Shown here in pieces: positions 1 to 13,231 of a stretch of 64,000 bases of DNA; positions within the stretch are counted from its first letter, which is position 1, and each line of letters starts with the position of its first letter. The DNA lies in contig MU008164.1 in the NCBI GenBank assembly GCA_010909165.1, positions 496,001 to 560,000 on the forward strand, read 5' to 3'. The notes beneath the pieces are model-generated. The model saw nothing but the letters and a program-made list of their open reading frames with translations. It was not told the origin of the DNA and searched no databases. Source of the DNA: Anthoceros angustus. Taxonomy: Eukaryota; Plantae; Anthocerotophyta. Made by a program: the position numbers and the translations under genes.

Positions 1-546
1 AAATCAAGGAGGGCCGAGGAAGGGAGAGCAAGTCGCCTTCTCACAGCTCTTTCAAAGATCATCCTCCCCAATCGATTAGTGTGCCCTTAACCACCTCATG
101 AAGAAAGACCGAGAGGGGAACAACTTGCTTCCTTTTATTTTCTCCTCCTTCACCCGCTCGCCGCCGATTTCGACCGGTGACCCTAGGTGTAGTCAGGTTC
201 CTCTTCTCAAGGTCGTCCTTCCCTTTTCGACCCCTGCTTCGCCTCCGCCCGCTTGCCCTTGGAAACCTCCCACCTTCATCCGAATCTTCTAGGGAGGCGA
301 TTCCCAATCGCTGGAATCCTTCCTAATCCTCCTTACCTCCTCCTCTACCTTGAGTTCTGACCGCTCTATGAAGGGCGATACGCTTCCAACTCCGTTAGAC
401 ACCGGAATGCGCGAATACATGAATCGGAAAAGGTGAAATCAAGGAGGGCCGAGGAAGGGAGAGCACCGCCTTCTCACAAAGCTCTTTCAAAGATCATCCT
501 CCCCAATCGATTAGTGTACCCTTAACCACCTCATGAAGAAAGACCG
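1..546. repeat. ~110-bp direct repeat (1-110 and 437-546), probably part of a ~436-bp tandem duplication running off the window start
   Basis: AAATCAAGGAGGGCCGAGGAAGGGAGAGCA...CACCTCATGAAGAAAGACCG occurs at 1 and again at 437 with few differences. Confidence 0.85.
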
Positions 547-1389
547 TGAAGTGGTCCGCCATATGATCCAACTTTGTTAGAAACACAAAATCCACTTGGC
601 CAATCCCACGGTACCGAACACGAGTTGGCGAGTCACCCATCCATTGTTCACCCTCACTTCCCCATGCTTCATGAGCGCGGCCGCTGCAACTCTCAGGGTC
701 TTCTTTCTCTGGGGGTCAATTACCAAGCTCCCATCCTCTGATGCTTCTCGCCCATACACTGCTCGAAAGAGCCCCAAATCCCAGTTTTGCGGCCTCTTCC
801 TCGCGTCGCCCTCTTGCGACCTGGTTCTCAATTGTCAGGCGCACTCTTGCACCAATCTTTGGTACATGTAACACCATTTCTTCTCCATAAATTCCGGGCT
901 CCGCAGCTGCCAGCTCTCACCTTCCAGTGGTCCATGTTGGGCCACTGCGTGGTGGGATTTCGCACTGGGCGCCATCTCCTTCCTCCTTGTTTCCCGGAAA
1001 AACTCGACCCACTGCGAGGTCGAGAAAAAGGAACACCACCCTTGCACGCTTCTTCCACTCCTCTTCGCGCTGGCCCTCTTGCCTCAGCGCCTCTTCCTCC
1101 TTCGCTAGTTCGCCCCTTGGTTTCCTTCCTCCGCCACCGCCTGACCGATTGACGCGCCTTCTACCGCAGTAAGCAGACTCGGCCCAGCGCGATTGCATCG
1201 CGCCCGGCTGCGGCTCCGCTCGGCTGGCCGCCCTTCTACTGCCGCAGTAAGCAGACTCGGCCCAGGCGCAGTTGCATGCGCGCGCCCAGCTTGCTGCAGC
1301 TCCTCGGCGTCTGCGGAAATTCGCGACCTCGCGGTGCTGGGTGTGTCCTTCTCTCGATTGACTCCGTGGCCCGCCACTAGGGTTGTAAA

Positions 1390-4300
1390 CTCCCCCTGGT
1401 CTATACGTCCCGTTCTTCGGCCACCGTGGTGGAACTAGCCACCTCCCCACTTGACTACCCAACTGTGGCATATTGTGAGCATTCCTAGCATATATAGACA
1501 CCTCGTATCCAAAAATCACCAAAACCCAAGGACTCTATTTCCGACCTACCGACGAAAAAAATTATTATTATCACCAAGGGCCAAGGACCATTCCCGTATA
1601 AAAGGCCTTACCCAGACGATTCTCAAAGCACTTTGCTATACTAACACACCCAAAACAAAAAAAATCGTTCAACCCGACACTTCGGAGAGGGGTTAGTGTA
1701 CATGTGGTCTTCCACAACGCCCAAGGCTGCAGGTGGCGTCGCTTGTTTTTTCCGATCTTCTCTCTCTGATTTCATCACTGTCGCTAGGGAGGACTCCTTC
1801 GCGAGGGTCTTATGGATCAAGGTTTCCGCAACCATCCTTCCATCTGTTTGTCATTTGTTCATAGCATGCTGTTACTTTCCACCTCAGGGTTCTCCGCATG
1901 CTAGAGGCCAACCTCTCTTTACGTTTCAAGACCTCTTTGAAGATCTCATGTTTTTCATGCCCCAAGGAGATATCCTCTTGGTTGGAGACTTCAATGCTTA
2001 GACCTCCTCGGAACAATCTCCTATCTCGCACGGATGATCGACATCAACTATTCCGCTTGATGTTGCACTGGGCGGAGAAGGTCGATGATCCGCACGAGTT
2101 AATCTTTTCGGGCACTTCTCAACCTCGTGGAGTCGCATGGATTATTTATATACAACGGACTCTCTCAATGGCCTGGGAGCGAGAGGATCACCCACTTTGC
2201 GCCTTCAGGTCAACTTCCTGCTGTTCTTGATTACGTTCTAGGACAGGCTTCTTTCGTTTCTTCAGTGCATCAATTTTATGTTTCTGACTTCAAGCCTCTA
2301 GAGTCTGACCATGCCTTCTTGTCTTGGCACATCTCGTGTCATAAGCCGCAAGCCATTCTACAATACCACAAGTCTCCTAGAGTCCGCTTTCCCTCGACCA
2401 TCGTCTAGATTCCCAATACTCCTCTCTTTTGAAAAGACCCTTGGCTGCTATTCCTCCGTCTCTTCCCTTCGCCCAGGAAGCTTCTGCTTTCACTTCCGCC
2501 GTGCTTTCTTGTGCACATCAAATCTTCTCTCCTAAACCTTGTCACCCCGTCAAGCTTTCCAACATCGCCTCGTCATCCTGGTTTGATGGCGAGTGCAAAC
2601 GCTTCGCTTCCATACTCACAACTACCTTGAGCTCTCAAGGTTCCATCCAAGTCTCATCATTCCAGTTGTACAAGGAAATTGTCAAGCCGCATAAAGCCCT
2701 CATTCTTTGTCAAAAGTGCTTTCTTTTCCTCCCAACGTGATCGTCTTGTCAAGCTCCTTAAGGAATCCCTGGCGGTCTTTGCTTTTTGGAGGAGTTTCAT
2801 TCCCATCAAACTATCCAAGCAGCGTCTCGAGCTTATCGAATATGTCCAAACTCTCTTCTTCGGAATCTATACCCCTCCCAGTTAGGACCATGGATCCCGG
2901 GGTCAAGCTTTTCACTCGACCTTATCCTTACCGCCATCAATAACCTTAGATCTGGTAGAGCCCCGACCCTGAAGACATTCTTGGAGAGCTTTTCTCGTAT
3001 GCAAGTCCTATGGTGATTGCTCCCCCCTTGGCTGCGCTGCTTCAACGAAGCTTTGGTCCATGGATTTCAGATGAGTGGTGCTGGAATGACATCCATTCCA
3101 TCTTCAAGACAGGTGACCCCCAGCTCCCATCTAACTATAGGTATATCATGGTTGAGTCCATTTTTGCCAAGATCTTTAGCTCTTGCTTGGAAATTCTCAC
3201 TCGACTTGGGAGAATCTTTGGAGTTAGGGCCGCAGGGCGGTGGATTTCGTCCATGAATACCGGATAATCTCTTCACTCTCATTGCTATTATTCGAAGCCA
3301 AGAGCGAAAGAAGGATAACATGAGCATGTTTATGTATGTTTTGTTGACTTCAAGCGGGCATTTGACTCTATCTCGGGAGAAGCTCTTTTGACCGCTTCCA
3401 TAGGTGGGTATGCCTCCTCATCTTCTTCATGCCATAGGGGTTCTATATGACAAGGTGAAAGCCAAGATCCGCACTCCTTATCTTGCTTTTGACCTTTTGG
3501 ATTTGCTTTGCAACATGGGAGTCGTGAGGAGATCCATCTTCTCCTAACCTATTTGGCCTCTACATAGATGAACTGAGTCTTGGATTGCGGAGTATGGGGA
3601 TCTGGTTGCATCCTTTCCTTGGTCTACATTGCTATTCTCTTGTATGCGGATGACATTGCCCTTCTCTCCCACTCTCCTCGGGGCCTCCAACAAAGAACTT
3701 GACATATTGTCGCGCTTCTGCGAAGCAAGAGATTTGGAGGTCAATCTCAAGAAGACTAAGGTCATGTTCTTCAACAGGATCGGTGCAACACAATCTCAAG
3801 TTCTACTATAATGGTGAACTTGTCCGTAGTTCGATCTTATGTCTACAGGTGGAACTCTGGCCCGACACTTGGAAGCTCTGCCTCACTCGCATTCTCAAGG
3901 GTGTGGCATCGGCATGTGGGGTTCAAGATGCTCTCGGATGCACATCAAGGACATCCCCACTCAATGGTTATTCAACACGGTCGTCGTTCCTTGGCTATGT
4001 ATGCGTGAGTTTTGGGGACCGTACCTCTCTCCCGACGATTGGTGCAAGGTGGAGGAGGTTCGGGCATCCTTTCTTCGTCCCACATTGCGTGCAAGAGGTG
4101 CATCCCCTTCCCATCTTCCTTGCGAGTTTGCCACATTCCGCTTGAGTGGATGGTCTATTTCGCTTGACTAACTTCTTCTACCGCCTCTGTTCATTGGAAG
4201 AAGCTCATTCGATCATCCTACCTCCCTCCTCATACCTCCTTCTTGCTTTTCAGTCCTCCGAAAATTAGCCGTCTCGGGAGATAAGACTTGTTGGTATCAA

Positions 4301-4987
4301 TCTTGCTCATGGCGCAGAATTTGGGTTTTGTCCCGAGAGTCTTCCGCCCATCCCTTTTCCAGTTCTTGCCACCTCCTCCAAATAAGTCCATCCGCCTTGA
4401 TTTGCGGACTACATACTTGTCCTATACTTGGTCTCCTCTCTCCCTTATCCCTAGGCTTGACACTTATAAATGATTTCAGATTTTATCCAATTCGGGAAAC
4501 CGGTGCTCCCTCTTTACCTTCGCACCGTGTCTTTCAAACTAAGGATGATTATAGGTCATCTTAGGTGGGTCTCACCGTCTTAGGATTGAGACGGATAGAT
4601 GGCTCGTCCTAAGCCACCAAAGGAGTCCAATTTGCGGGTTATGCAAGGGGGCGAAGAACACTTTGTGTTCCTCTGTCACAGATATGAAGATATTCGGGGG
4701 AATTTTATCCCTCTATTTACAACGACGATCTTCACTTCACGCTTTTCTCTTTTCGATCCTATTTACAGAGGTGTCTGCCTAAAGCAAACGTGGGAGAAGC
4801 GGACTCAACATTTTCAAGAGTTCAACATACCTGACATTACATAATGGTTCACGTCACTAGTTCTCCGGCCAGATTCAGAATAGCGGTTAATTTTTCAATA
4901 TACTTTCTTTGTATGTATGACAAATCATTCCCATGACGGAAATCCGTCCTTAGTGGACTTAAATAAAATTCTTCTTCTTCTTCTTCT
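1390..4987 (+). mobile_element. Degenerate non-LTR retrotransposon (LINE), APE endonuclease + reverse transcriptase, RTE/RTEX-like; 5' boundary uncertain
   Basis: Frameshifted fragments: endonuclease motifs GGVACF, CYFPP, LLVGDFNA (1696-2001) and DYVL...SDH (2127-2408). RT motifs IFKTGDPQLPSNYRYI (3010-3267), FVDFKRAFDS (~3340), LxYADDIAL-type (~3640) and VNLKKTKVM. C-terminal SHRLRIETDRW...CxxC...EEHFVFLCHRYEDIR (~4570-4700). 3' end has a hairpin, AATAAA and (TTC)6 at 4969-4986. Clade assignment is inference from the C-terminal motif and microsatellite tail. Confidence 0.85.
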
Positions 4988-5289
4988 GGTACATAGAGCT
5001 CCATCAAAACTCTGGAGTTAAGCGCCCCAGGCCCGGATCAGTACCGGGATGGGGAACCTATATGTTTTGATGAATAAAAATCGGAGAAGTTGCTTATCCG
5101 TCGAACCGTCCCCTGCCACCCCATTGGTGGGTGCGAGGCAGTGGCTACCACGCCGCCGCATTTACCTCGGTTCACGAGGCGTACCCATGGGAAGCCGTCA
5201 CTTCGGCTTCTCCCAAGACTCAGAAGTACACTCGGCTCTGCTGACCATGTGAGAGTGGCCTGATATACCCCACAAATGGGCAGAAAAAT

Positions 5290-5720
5290 AACAGCACGCG
5301 CATTTACAAATTGCAAGTCTTGCCAAACTAAACTACAAATATATTCAAAAGTTGACCATGAGAATCTCAAGAAGCTAGAAAATCTCCGCTCATCTTCCTT
5401 GCCACCATGCTATATAAAGGCCACAAATCATGATCGAGGTTTGATGTAATACATACCTTTGTACTCCATGAAGGAGCCCTCTTGGCAACTTGTTTGGGTC
5501 ATCCAAAGATCCCAAGTATAGCAATTAACTCATCACATGCACAAACAAGGTCTTCCATCGATCTTCAAAAGACAATTCTTCTCCTTGGAATAATGAGGCT
5601 TGCATGATGTTAGCATTGTTAGAATAAAAATATCCAATTGCTCCATAAACTTAAACACATTTTCCATACATCCAATAATGGTCATAAGCACACCATAGAT
5701 CGAAATATTACTTGATGTAA
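5290..5720 (-). mobile_element. PIF/Harbinger (HARBI1/ALP1-type) DDE transposase N-terminal remnant
   Basis: Minus-strand translation YIKPRS*...EDERRFSSFLRFSWSTFEYICSLVWQDL matches the family N-terminal pattern (KPRS...FRM..TF.YIC.LV..DL). It contains stops and no catalytic core is visible. Confidence 0.55.
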
Positions 5721-5722
5721 CC

Positions 5723-6184
<462 letters not shown>

Positions 6185-7828
6185 GAAACCAAACCACCTC
6201 AAGTTCTTGGCACCATCCACACTGGCCCCCACATGTAACTTGAACTCCCAAGCCGCCTCAGAACTTGAACCCCGTCCTTGCAAAAGCCCAAATGCGCCCG
6301 TGTGTGGAGTTACTTAAAGTAGGTAGGGTCCGTGGAGCTTCGGACGATAAACCAAACAATCGGTATCTCAACCGCTACATGAGGTAAAAGTGAGGAAATC
6401 CGGGTTGTAGTTCGGGCACATGAACGGGACATGCCTGCACAGCTCAGATTAGGCCCTCGGGGTTCGGGTTCATGCGAATCCACCCTTAGGTGGGAGGACA
6501 GTTGGAAGTGGGAATGGTTCAATTGTCAGCTCGAAAATTTGGAAGAGCATGTTCCCGATCTCCGCTTGTGCTCATTTTTTATGAGGATGTCCATGGTCTT
6601 GTCACGCATCCGTGATAAAGGTTGCTCAAGGACCTGCTTTGCCAATTTCCTTGCCTGTCTGAAGATGCTCTCCCACATCCCATTCGCCACGAGGGCTCCT
6701 CTAATATTGGAAATTTTTGGAGGGTGCACATGAGAGCCTGTCCTTTTGCGTATGTCATGAGAGGATGCAACTCGGCGAGCTGGTAATTGTGACCGAGAAC
6801 AGACGCACCAAATTTGTTTTTAATTAGATATCCATAAATACCCCTAACTCGGCCCAAATACCAGAAAATGAGCTCCATCCTTTAGTGGTTAAAACCAGCG
6901 TATGTATTTACTTGTGTAGCGATGGTGTGGCCTTCCAGCGGGGAAGGCCACGCCGAATTCCCATTCCAGCTCCGAATTATTATTTACGGCCTTATCAGCG
7001 TCGAGGGATGTTGGTTTTGTTTAGTGTACGACAGATAGCAGAAGCACTCCACTCTCTGATGTCAATATACCCCAGCTTCCAGCCAATTCAAGAGACCTTC
7101 TTTCTGTAGCTAATGGTGCTATTCGGCTATCCTCTAAGGGTTGTGCACCTTGAACTCATCTAGGAACTCTTTCTCCCGCCCAATCCAACTCTAACAGAAA
7201 TTTGGGCCAGCGGGGATCAGCCCAGCAATTCTTGTTGCAAATCTGCTTTCAGAAGAAGCAGAACTTGGTAAATGAAGTGTGTTGCGGTGTGCACTCTGTT
7301 CTCTGGTCCGCTTCTCTCGTTGTAGGCCAGCTTCTCTCGTCATATGTCAGCATGTGGAATGCAACATGTCTGATGCTTTGCAAGCCTTTGTTTGAGCAGC
7401 ACACAATTCTGAAGGTTTTCCAAACGCCAGATGTTGTGCTTTCGAAACATCCATGTTCCCTGCTTCTGTCTCCAAGCAGAACAGTATGGGAATACCCTAG
7501 GCCATTTATCAAAGACGAGCAAGAGTGTACACCCAGGAAGGTTGAAAGGCTCGCCGAAGTTGCCTTTGCATGACGCAACAAAGAACCTAAACTAGTTATA
7601 CAGCACCTGAGACTGCGCGAGGTCGTCAGCCCATTGAGACTGGTTAACAAGAGCAAGGGCAAGGACCTGCCAAGGGCAACAAGATTAGGAAGAATCTCTC
7701 ACAGCCTTGGCACCCCTATGTTGGCGAGTAAACAGTGGGTAAGGAAGAGGAAGGCCTGTGACCGCATGCTGGGAGCGGCTCTCGCGGCCTCCTTGTGACC
7801 CGTCATTCATGCCCGTCCATTGGTCCAG

Positions 7829-10800
7829 ATGGGGAGCTTGGCTCGAGCCCGCGTCGGGCTGGGAGGGTGGCAGTGGGAGGCTTTTGTACTCTTGCTGCGC
7901 GCCCCGCCGAAGCCCTCGTCCACCACAATGACCCTGCGGGCGCTGCAATTCCCCCGCAGCTATGCCAGTCTCAGCCAACGGCACTACCACCTGTCCTGGC
8001 AGGCTGCCCGCCACCTCGCCCCACTGCACACCTTGGCTGGCAGCAGCCTCGACTTGGGAGCCCGCAGCCAGGCAGTCGCTCTGCTCGAACATGACAGCTT
8101 GCGGAGAAGGTTGGGCCCGGGCTCACATGCAATCCACAGCTTCAATACTAATCTTCACTGGAGCGCATTCGTAAGCTATCTTGCTTTCTAGATTCGGGAA
8201 CTGTGAATTGGGATGTTGGGTGCCGCTTCCTGTCGCAATGCCGATTGAATTGCCTTGGAGCAGGGTGGATGACAACCTGAGTATGGTGTGCTGTTGCAGG
8301 TCACACCATCCAGTCCTTCGTACACTCACACCAGATCCTGCTCTTCAGCCACTAAGGCTGCCTTGAGTCCAGCAATCCCAGTTGATTCTGCTCCTAAAAA
8401 GCCATCCAGCAATTTGCCAGCTAAACAACAGCCAGATGCTGCTGATGCTGACCTCCGGATTTTGAAGACACTTGCTACCTATTTGTGGCCCAAGGATAAC
8501 TTCGAATTCCGGGCTCGTGTTGTTTTGGCCCTTATGCTTTTGGTGGGATCCAAGGTACACCTGGTTCATAGCGTCATTTCTGCTATCACAGTTGGGGATC
8601 TTGCGTAAATTGTGGGCTCTTACAATTCTGCAAGCATCTTCTATGTGTTTACTTCAGGTTCTAAACGTGCAAGTCCCATTCTTGTTCAAATATGCAATTG
8701 ATGGGCTGGCCGCAGCAACTGGAGCTGCGGCTTCTGGTGCCATGGTCACAAACGCAGCCATTTTGATGGGCACTCCTACCGCTGTTCTGGTGGGCTATGG
8801 CATAGCACGAGCAGGTGCCACGGCTTGCAATGGTACGCTCCTGTTCTGGCCATTGGACGAAGCTTGTAATGACTTGATGCTTTGATTAATACTGTCCTTT
8901 CTATTTGTCCTGTGAGCGTCCGCCACTTGATTCCTCAAGTGCATCTAGTTGGGCAATTTCTTGAACTATGCTAGTCTGATATCGTTGTTGCAGAGTTTCG
9001 GAATGCTGTGTTCGCTAAAGTTGCCCAAGGGACTATTCGAAAGGTTGCACGTCAGGTAGTGATTCTCTCTGTTTGGTCTCTCATTGGCTGGTTGAAGATG
9101 ATGATACCTCCCTCGGATTAATCTCTCGCTTCTGGATGCATCAGGTGTTCTTGCACCTCCACAACCTTGATTTAACCTATCATCTGAGGTAAAAAGACAT
9201 TGCAAGCTGTTGGTTCGGTGGGTCACTTTAGCCTGAACCGTTATTGAGTCTTGGGGTTGTTGCAGTCGGCAAACAGGAGCCTTGAATAGAACGATTGATA
9301 GAGGCACCCGTGGAATCACCTTCATTTTAACTTCTATGGTGTTCAATGTTGTTCCAACTCTCTTGGAGGTAAGTGTGAACCCTTATACCGTCACCTGACA
9401 TTTGTTGTTTGTAAGCTCAAATATGCCTGCATCTCCAGGGGTAAGAGAGAGTAAGGGACGTGTAACTTGTTCATTCTCCATGCCAGATCTCGATGGTTGC
9501 AGGTATTTTATCCTACAAGTTTGGGGGCCCATTTGCAGCGGTTACTGCTCTCACAGTTGGAGCATATACTGTATTCACTCTCGCTGTGACTCAGGTCAGC
9601 ATCTGCAAACCGCCTTCAAAGGTTTGATTTTGTGAATACTCTCAGTGTGTTAATTGTTCTTGGCTTCGTTTGGTCAGTGGCGAACCAAATTCAGGCAGCA
9701 AATGAACAAAGCAGAGAACACTGCAAGTGCTATTGCTATTGACTCTCTAATCAACTATGAGGTGAAACCTCCTGCTGCTGGCTTCTTTTGATGTAATCTG
9801 TTTCTAAAATGGTGCTTAAGGTATGGTTTGGGGGTCTGTTGAACAGACAGTGAAGTACTTCAACAACGAGCTACATGAAGCTGAAAGATATGACAAGTTT
9901 TTGAAGAGTATGTCTCCCAAACCATTGCTCAGTGTATGTTTGTTATCGAGTAGATTCTGTGGTTACTCGAGTGTCGAGAATGTGAAAGACAGTCAGCATG
10001 CATCAATCTTAGTCTCACTGATCCTTGCTGTGTATATTGGGAACTGGAGGACCATGGGTATGTCATCTATGTTTCACATGCTGACAGGGAGTCTATTTGC
10101 AAACAGAGTACGAGGATGCTGCCTTGAAGACTCAAAGCAGTCTCTCAGCCCTAAATCTTGGGCAGAATGCTATATTCAGTACGGCCTTGTCATTGATCAT
10201 GGTGATGTGCAGTCAGGGCATCATGGCTGGGCAAATGACAATAGGTGATTTGGTACGCCTCAGCACTAACGAGGTTCAATGCAGATTTTTTTGTGTGTCC
10301 CGGCTGTAGTCTACAGTCTGAATCATGTGTTTTGCTTCCTTTCAGGTGATGGTGAATGGCCTCTTGTTCCAGCTGTCTCTCCCGTTGAATTTTCTGGGAA
10401 CAGTGTACCGGGAGACACGCCAGAGTCTCATCGACATGCAGGCTATGTTTGCTTTGCTTGAGGTGGGTCCACATCGGTTCATTCGCTGTTAGCTGTTGTT
10501 GATGGGAGGATGTTGTTATGCGAGTTTCAGATCCAATTTGTGCCTTCAAATGCGTTGCAGGTGAAACCAGCTATAAGCGATGCACCTCATGCAAAGCCCC
10601 TGCAATTAGATGGAGGAAGCATATCTTTTGAAGATGTGACCTATGGGTAAACTTCCTACTGGCCTCCTTGTCGTTGCAAAGGGGTACGAATTGAAATCAC
10701 TGAAGTAGATCTCGTTTCATTCACCAGGTATACATCAGAGAGGTCAATCTTAAATGGAGTATCCTTCAATGTCCCTGCTGGAAAAAGTCTTGCTATCGTA

Positions 10801-12092
10801 GGAACCAGTGGCAGTGGTAAGCATCTGAATGTGGGAGAACTTGGTGATCAGTTGTTTGACGCTATTGGATTGATGCCGGATGTGGTTCCTTGCAGGTAAA
10901 TCAACAATTTTGCGGCTTCTTTATCGGTTTTTTGATACCGAGTCCGGAGCGGTGTGTGCCTTGAACTGTGCTGTTGACTATAAGCATGGGACTGATTGGA
11001 GCAGATTGTGACAAGGTTCTGGCTTATTTACAGGTGAAGGTGGATGGTCAAGACGTGAAGGGTGTCACGCTGGACAGTTTGCGGCAATCCATGGCTGTTG
11101 TACCCCAAGACACTGTGAGTAGGGCAGCTGCTGGGTGGCATGCTTTTGTAGTGGGTGCCTCAGGTTTGTAACTCTGCTGTATTTGTCTTTGCAGGTTTTG
11201 TTCAATGATACAATTTTCTACAACATTCACTATGGACGACTATCTGCAACAGAGGAAGAGGTGAGTCTAAGCTCTCAGATAGTTCTAAGCATTGTAGGTT
11301 TTGTCAAGTCAAAATACAGGCACTAACGTTCCATGACTCTTGCAGGTCTACTATGCAGCACGTCAAGCAGCCATCCATGATGTGATCTTGAAGTTCCCCA
11401 AGGGTTACCAAACGGAAGTTGGGGAGAGGGGTTTGAAGGTGGGACATCTTTTATGTCTCTCCCCTGTCCCTTTTTGTGTGGCTTTTGATTCTTAGTTCTG
11501 TCTGTTGGATGTGCACATCGCGTACTGCAGTTGAGTGGAGGAGAGAAACAACGAGTTGCTCTGGCCCGTGCGTTTCTGAAGGCTCCTCAAATTCTGTAAG
11601 CTACTTCTCTGTGCCAGTGCGCTTCTGAATCCTGTTGTTGATCACTGCCCTTGCCTTGGTTGTGTCTCTGACTTCTGGTCCTGAATCACACCTGAAGGTT
11701 ATGTGATGAAGCAACAAGCTCGTTGGACACCAGGACAGAAGCAGAGATCTTGAAGGCTGTCAGGTCGCTAGCCCAGAATCGTACCTCCATCTTTGTGGCC
11801 CATCGTCTCACAACTGCAATGCAGTGCGATGAGGTATGCGCATATAACCATCAGCTTTCCAGGACATGTCTGTACTTTGCATCTGTCGAGTGCTTACAAG
11901 AGCCAATCAGTGTACTGATTTCACTGTCTTGGCTTGCAGATTGTGGTTTTGGAACAGGGCCGGGTGGTGGAACGTGGGCCTCATGACAGGCTCGTCATGG
12001 CGGGTGGAAGGTACTCCCAACTTTGGGGACAGCAGCAAAACTCTGACCAGGTGGAAAATGGCCATGCTGTGGCATGGGAGTCAAAAAGCTGA
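7829..12092 (+). CDS. ATM3: Mitochondrial ABC half-transporter, ABCB subfamily (ATM3/ABCB25/Atm1-like), 20 exons, ~773 aa
   Basis: Exons traced by hand with consistent phases: 7829-8170, 8300-8554, 8658-8832, 8994-9055, 9145-9188, 9266-9368, 9487-9594, 9678-9761, 9847-9907, 10107-10252, 10346-10462, 10561-10646, 10728-10816, 10896-10951, 11034-11114, 11195-11260, 11346-11438, 11531-11595, 11698-11833, 11940-12092 (2322 nt, TGA). Motifs: [51 protein letters not shown], Walker A GTSGSGKST, Q-loop VVPQD, signature LSGGEKQR, Walker [13 protein letters not shown]-loop VAHRL. The Arg/Ser/Leu-rich N-terminus resembles a transit peptide. The start codon is less certain than the rest. Confidence 0.95.
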
Positions 12093-13149
12093 TACCCCCT
12101 TAATCCAGTCAAATGAAACGGTCCATTTCCTCCAGTAGCTGCTGCTTATTTAGAGGTGAGCCTCCGTGCTTGCTCGGACAATTTTATCGGCAGTAAATTA
12201 TAGACGTCTAGTCAAACTGTTAGGCTGTTGCTTGGAGAACGAAGTTGCTCTGGTCGTCTTCTAGTATATTCCAAATGGCATCTTGTAAGAACATCCTTTA
12301 CCTTTACAAAAGATTGACTCTCTTCAAGGGCAAGGGGAGGAAGCAATCACGGCTTACTTGGAGATCAGCGCTTACACGTTGCCTGAATAGACATCACTGA
12401 ATAGAGAAGCGAGTGTGTCTCGGCACCGTCAATGTATACCCTTGAGCCAAGTCGTTTTTTCCAGCAAGTAGGCATGATGAGTTTTAGCAATAATTGCTCA
12501 CCACCCACCAGCTGCGCATTTACTTTTTGTCGCCGGAGATTTATCAGCAATTAAGGGGGGTTTCACGTGGGTGTCTGGTAGTCGGGGAGAGAACTTTCAA
12601 ATCGTCACGTCTAGCTGGGCAGCGGCCGCTTTAATTTACTTATAAAACAGCTTATAACAGCATCACTTCAATATCAGGGACCTATCCAAAGAAGAACTAT
12701 AAGGGTCACTACATGTGGTTTTCAATCCCGCTCATTAACTATGCTTGGTCGCTCACTTGAATTGTTTGGAACATGATTCTTCTCAACCTCATATTATCTT
12801 AAGTTCTTATCATATAATTATGATTAAAGACCACATAATATATCATTGAGAAGCTCCATGAGAAGGTCCATTGCATCTTTTGAAGGAAGTAATTCAGGAA
12901 AAAATTTGAGGTACAAATCTTTAAATCTTGTAGCATCTTCGGGAGTTTCCAACATCAACATATTTAATACTTCTTTGTTCATAGAATCCAAACTAGTGTG
13001 CTGTTCATATTCTAATCTAGCTTGCAAAAGATAAGTTTTCATTTTAGCAAGCAAATCAACTCTTTTAGATACCAAATCGATTACAGTCTCTTCAAAACTC
13101 ATCGAAATCATCATCCGGTCAAATATTATAGCTCTACAATTGGGACACA

Positions 13150-13231
13150 GTTGCATTATCATTAATCAACCATGAAGATGACGGTGATAAGTTGCATTAT
13201 CATTAATCAACCATGAAGATGACGGTGATAA
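13150..13231. repeat. ~41-bp tandem direct duplication
   Basis: AGTTGCATTATCATTAATCAACCATGAAGATGACGGTGATA occurs twice in tandem. Confidence 0.85.
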
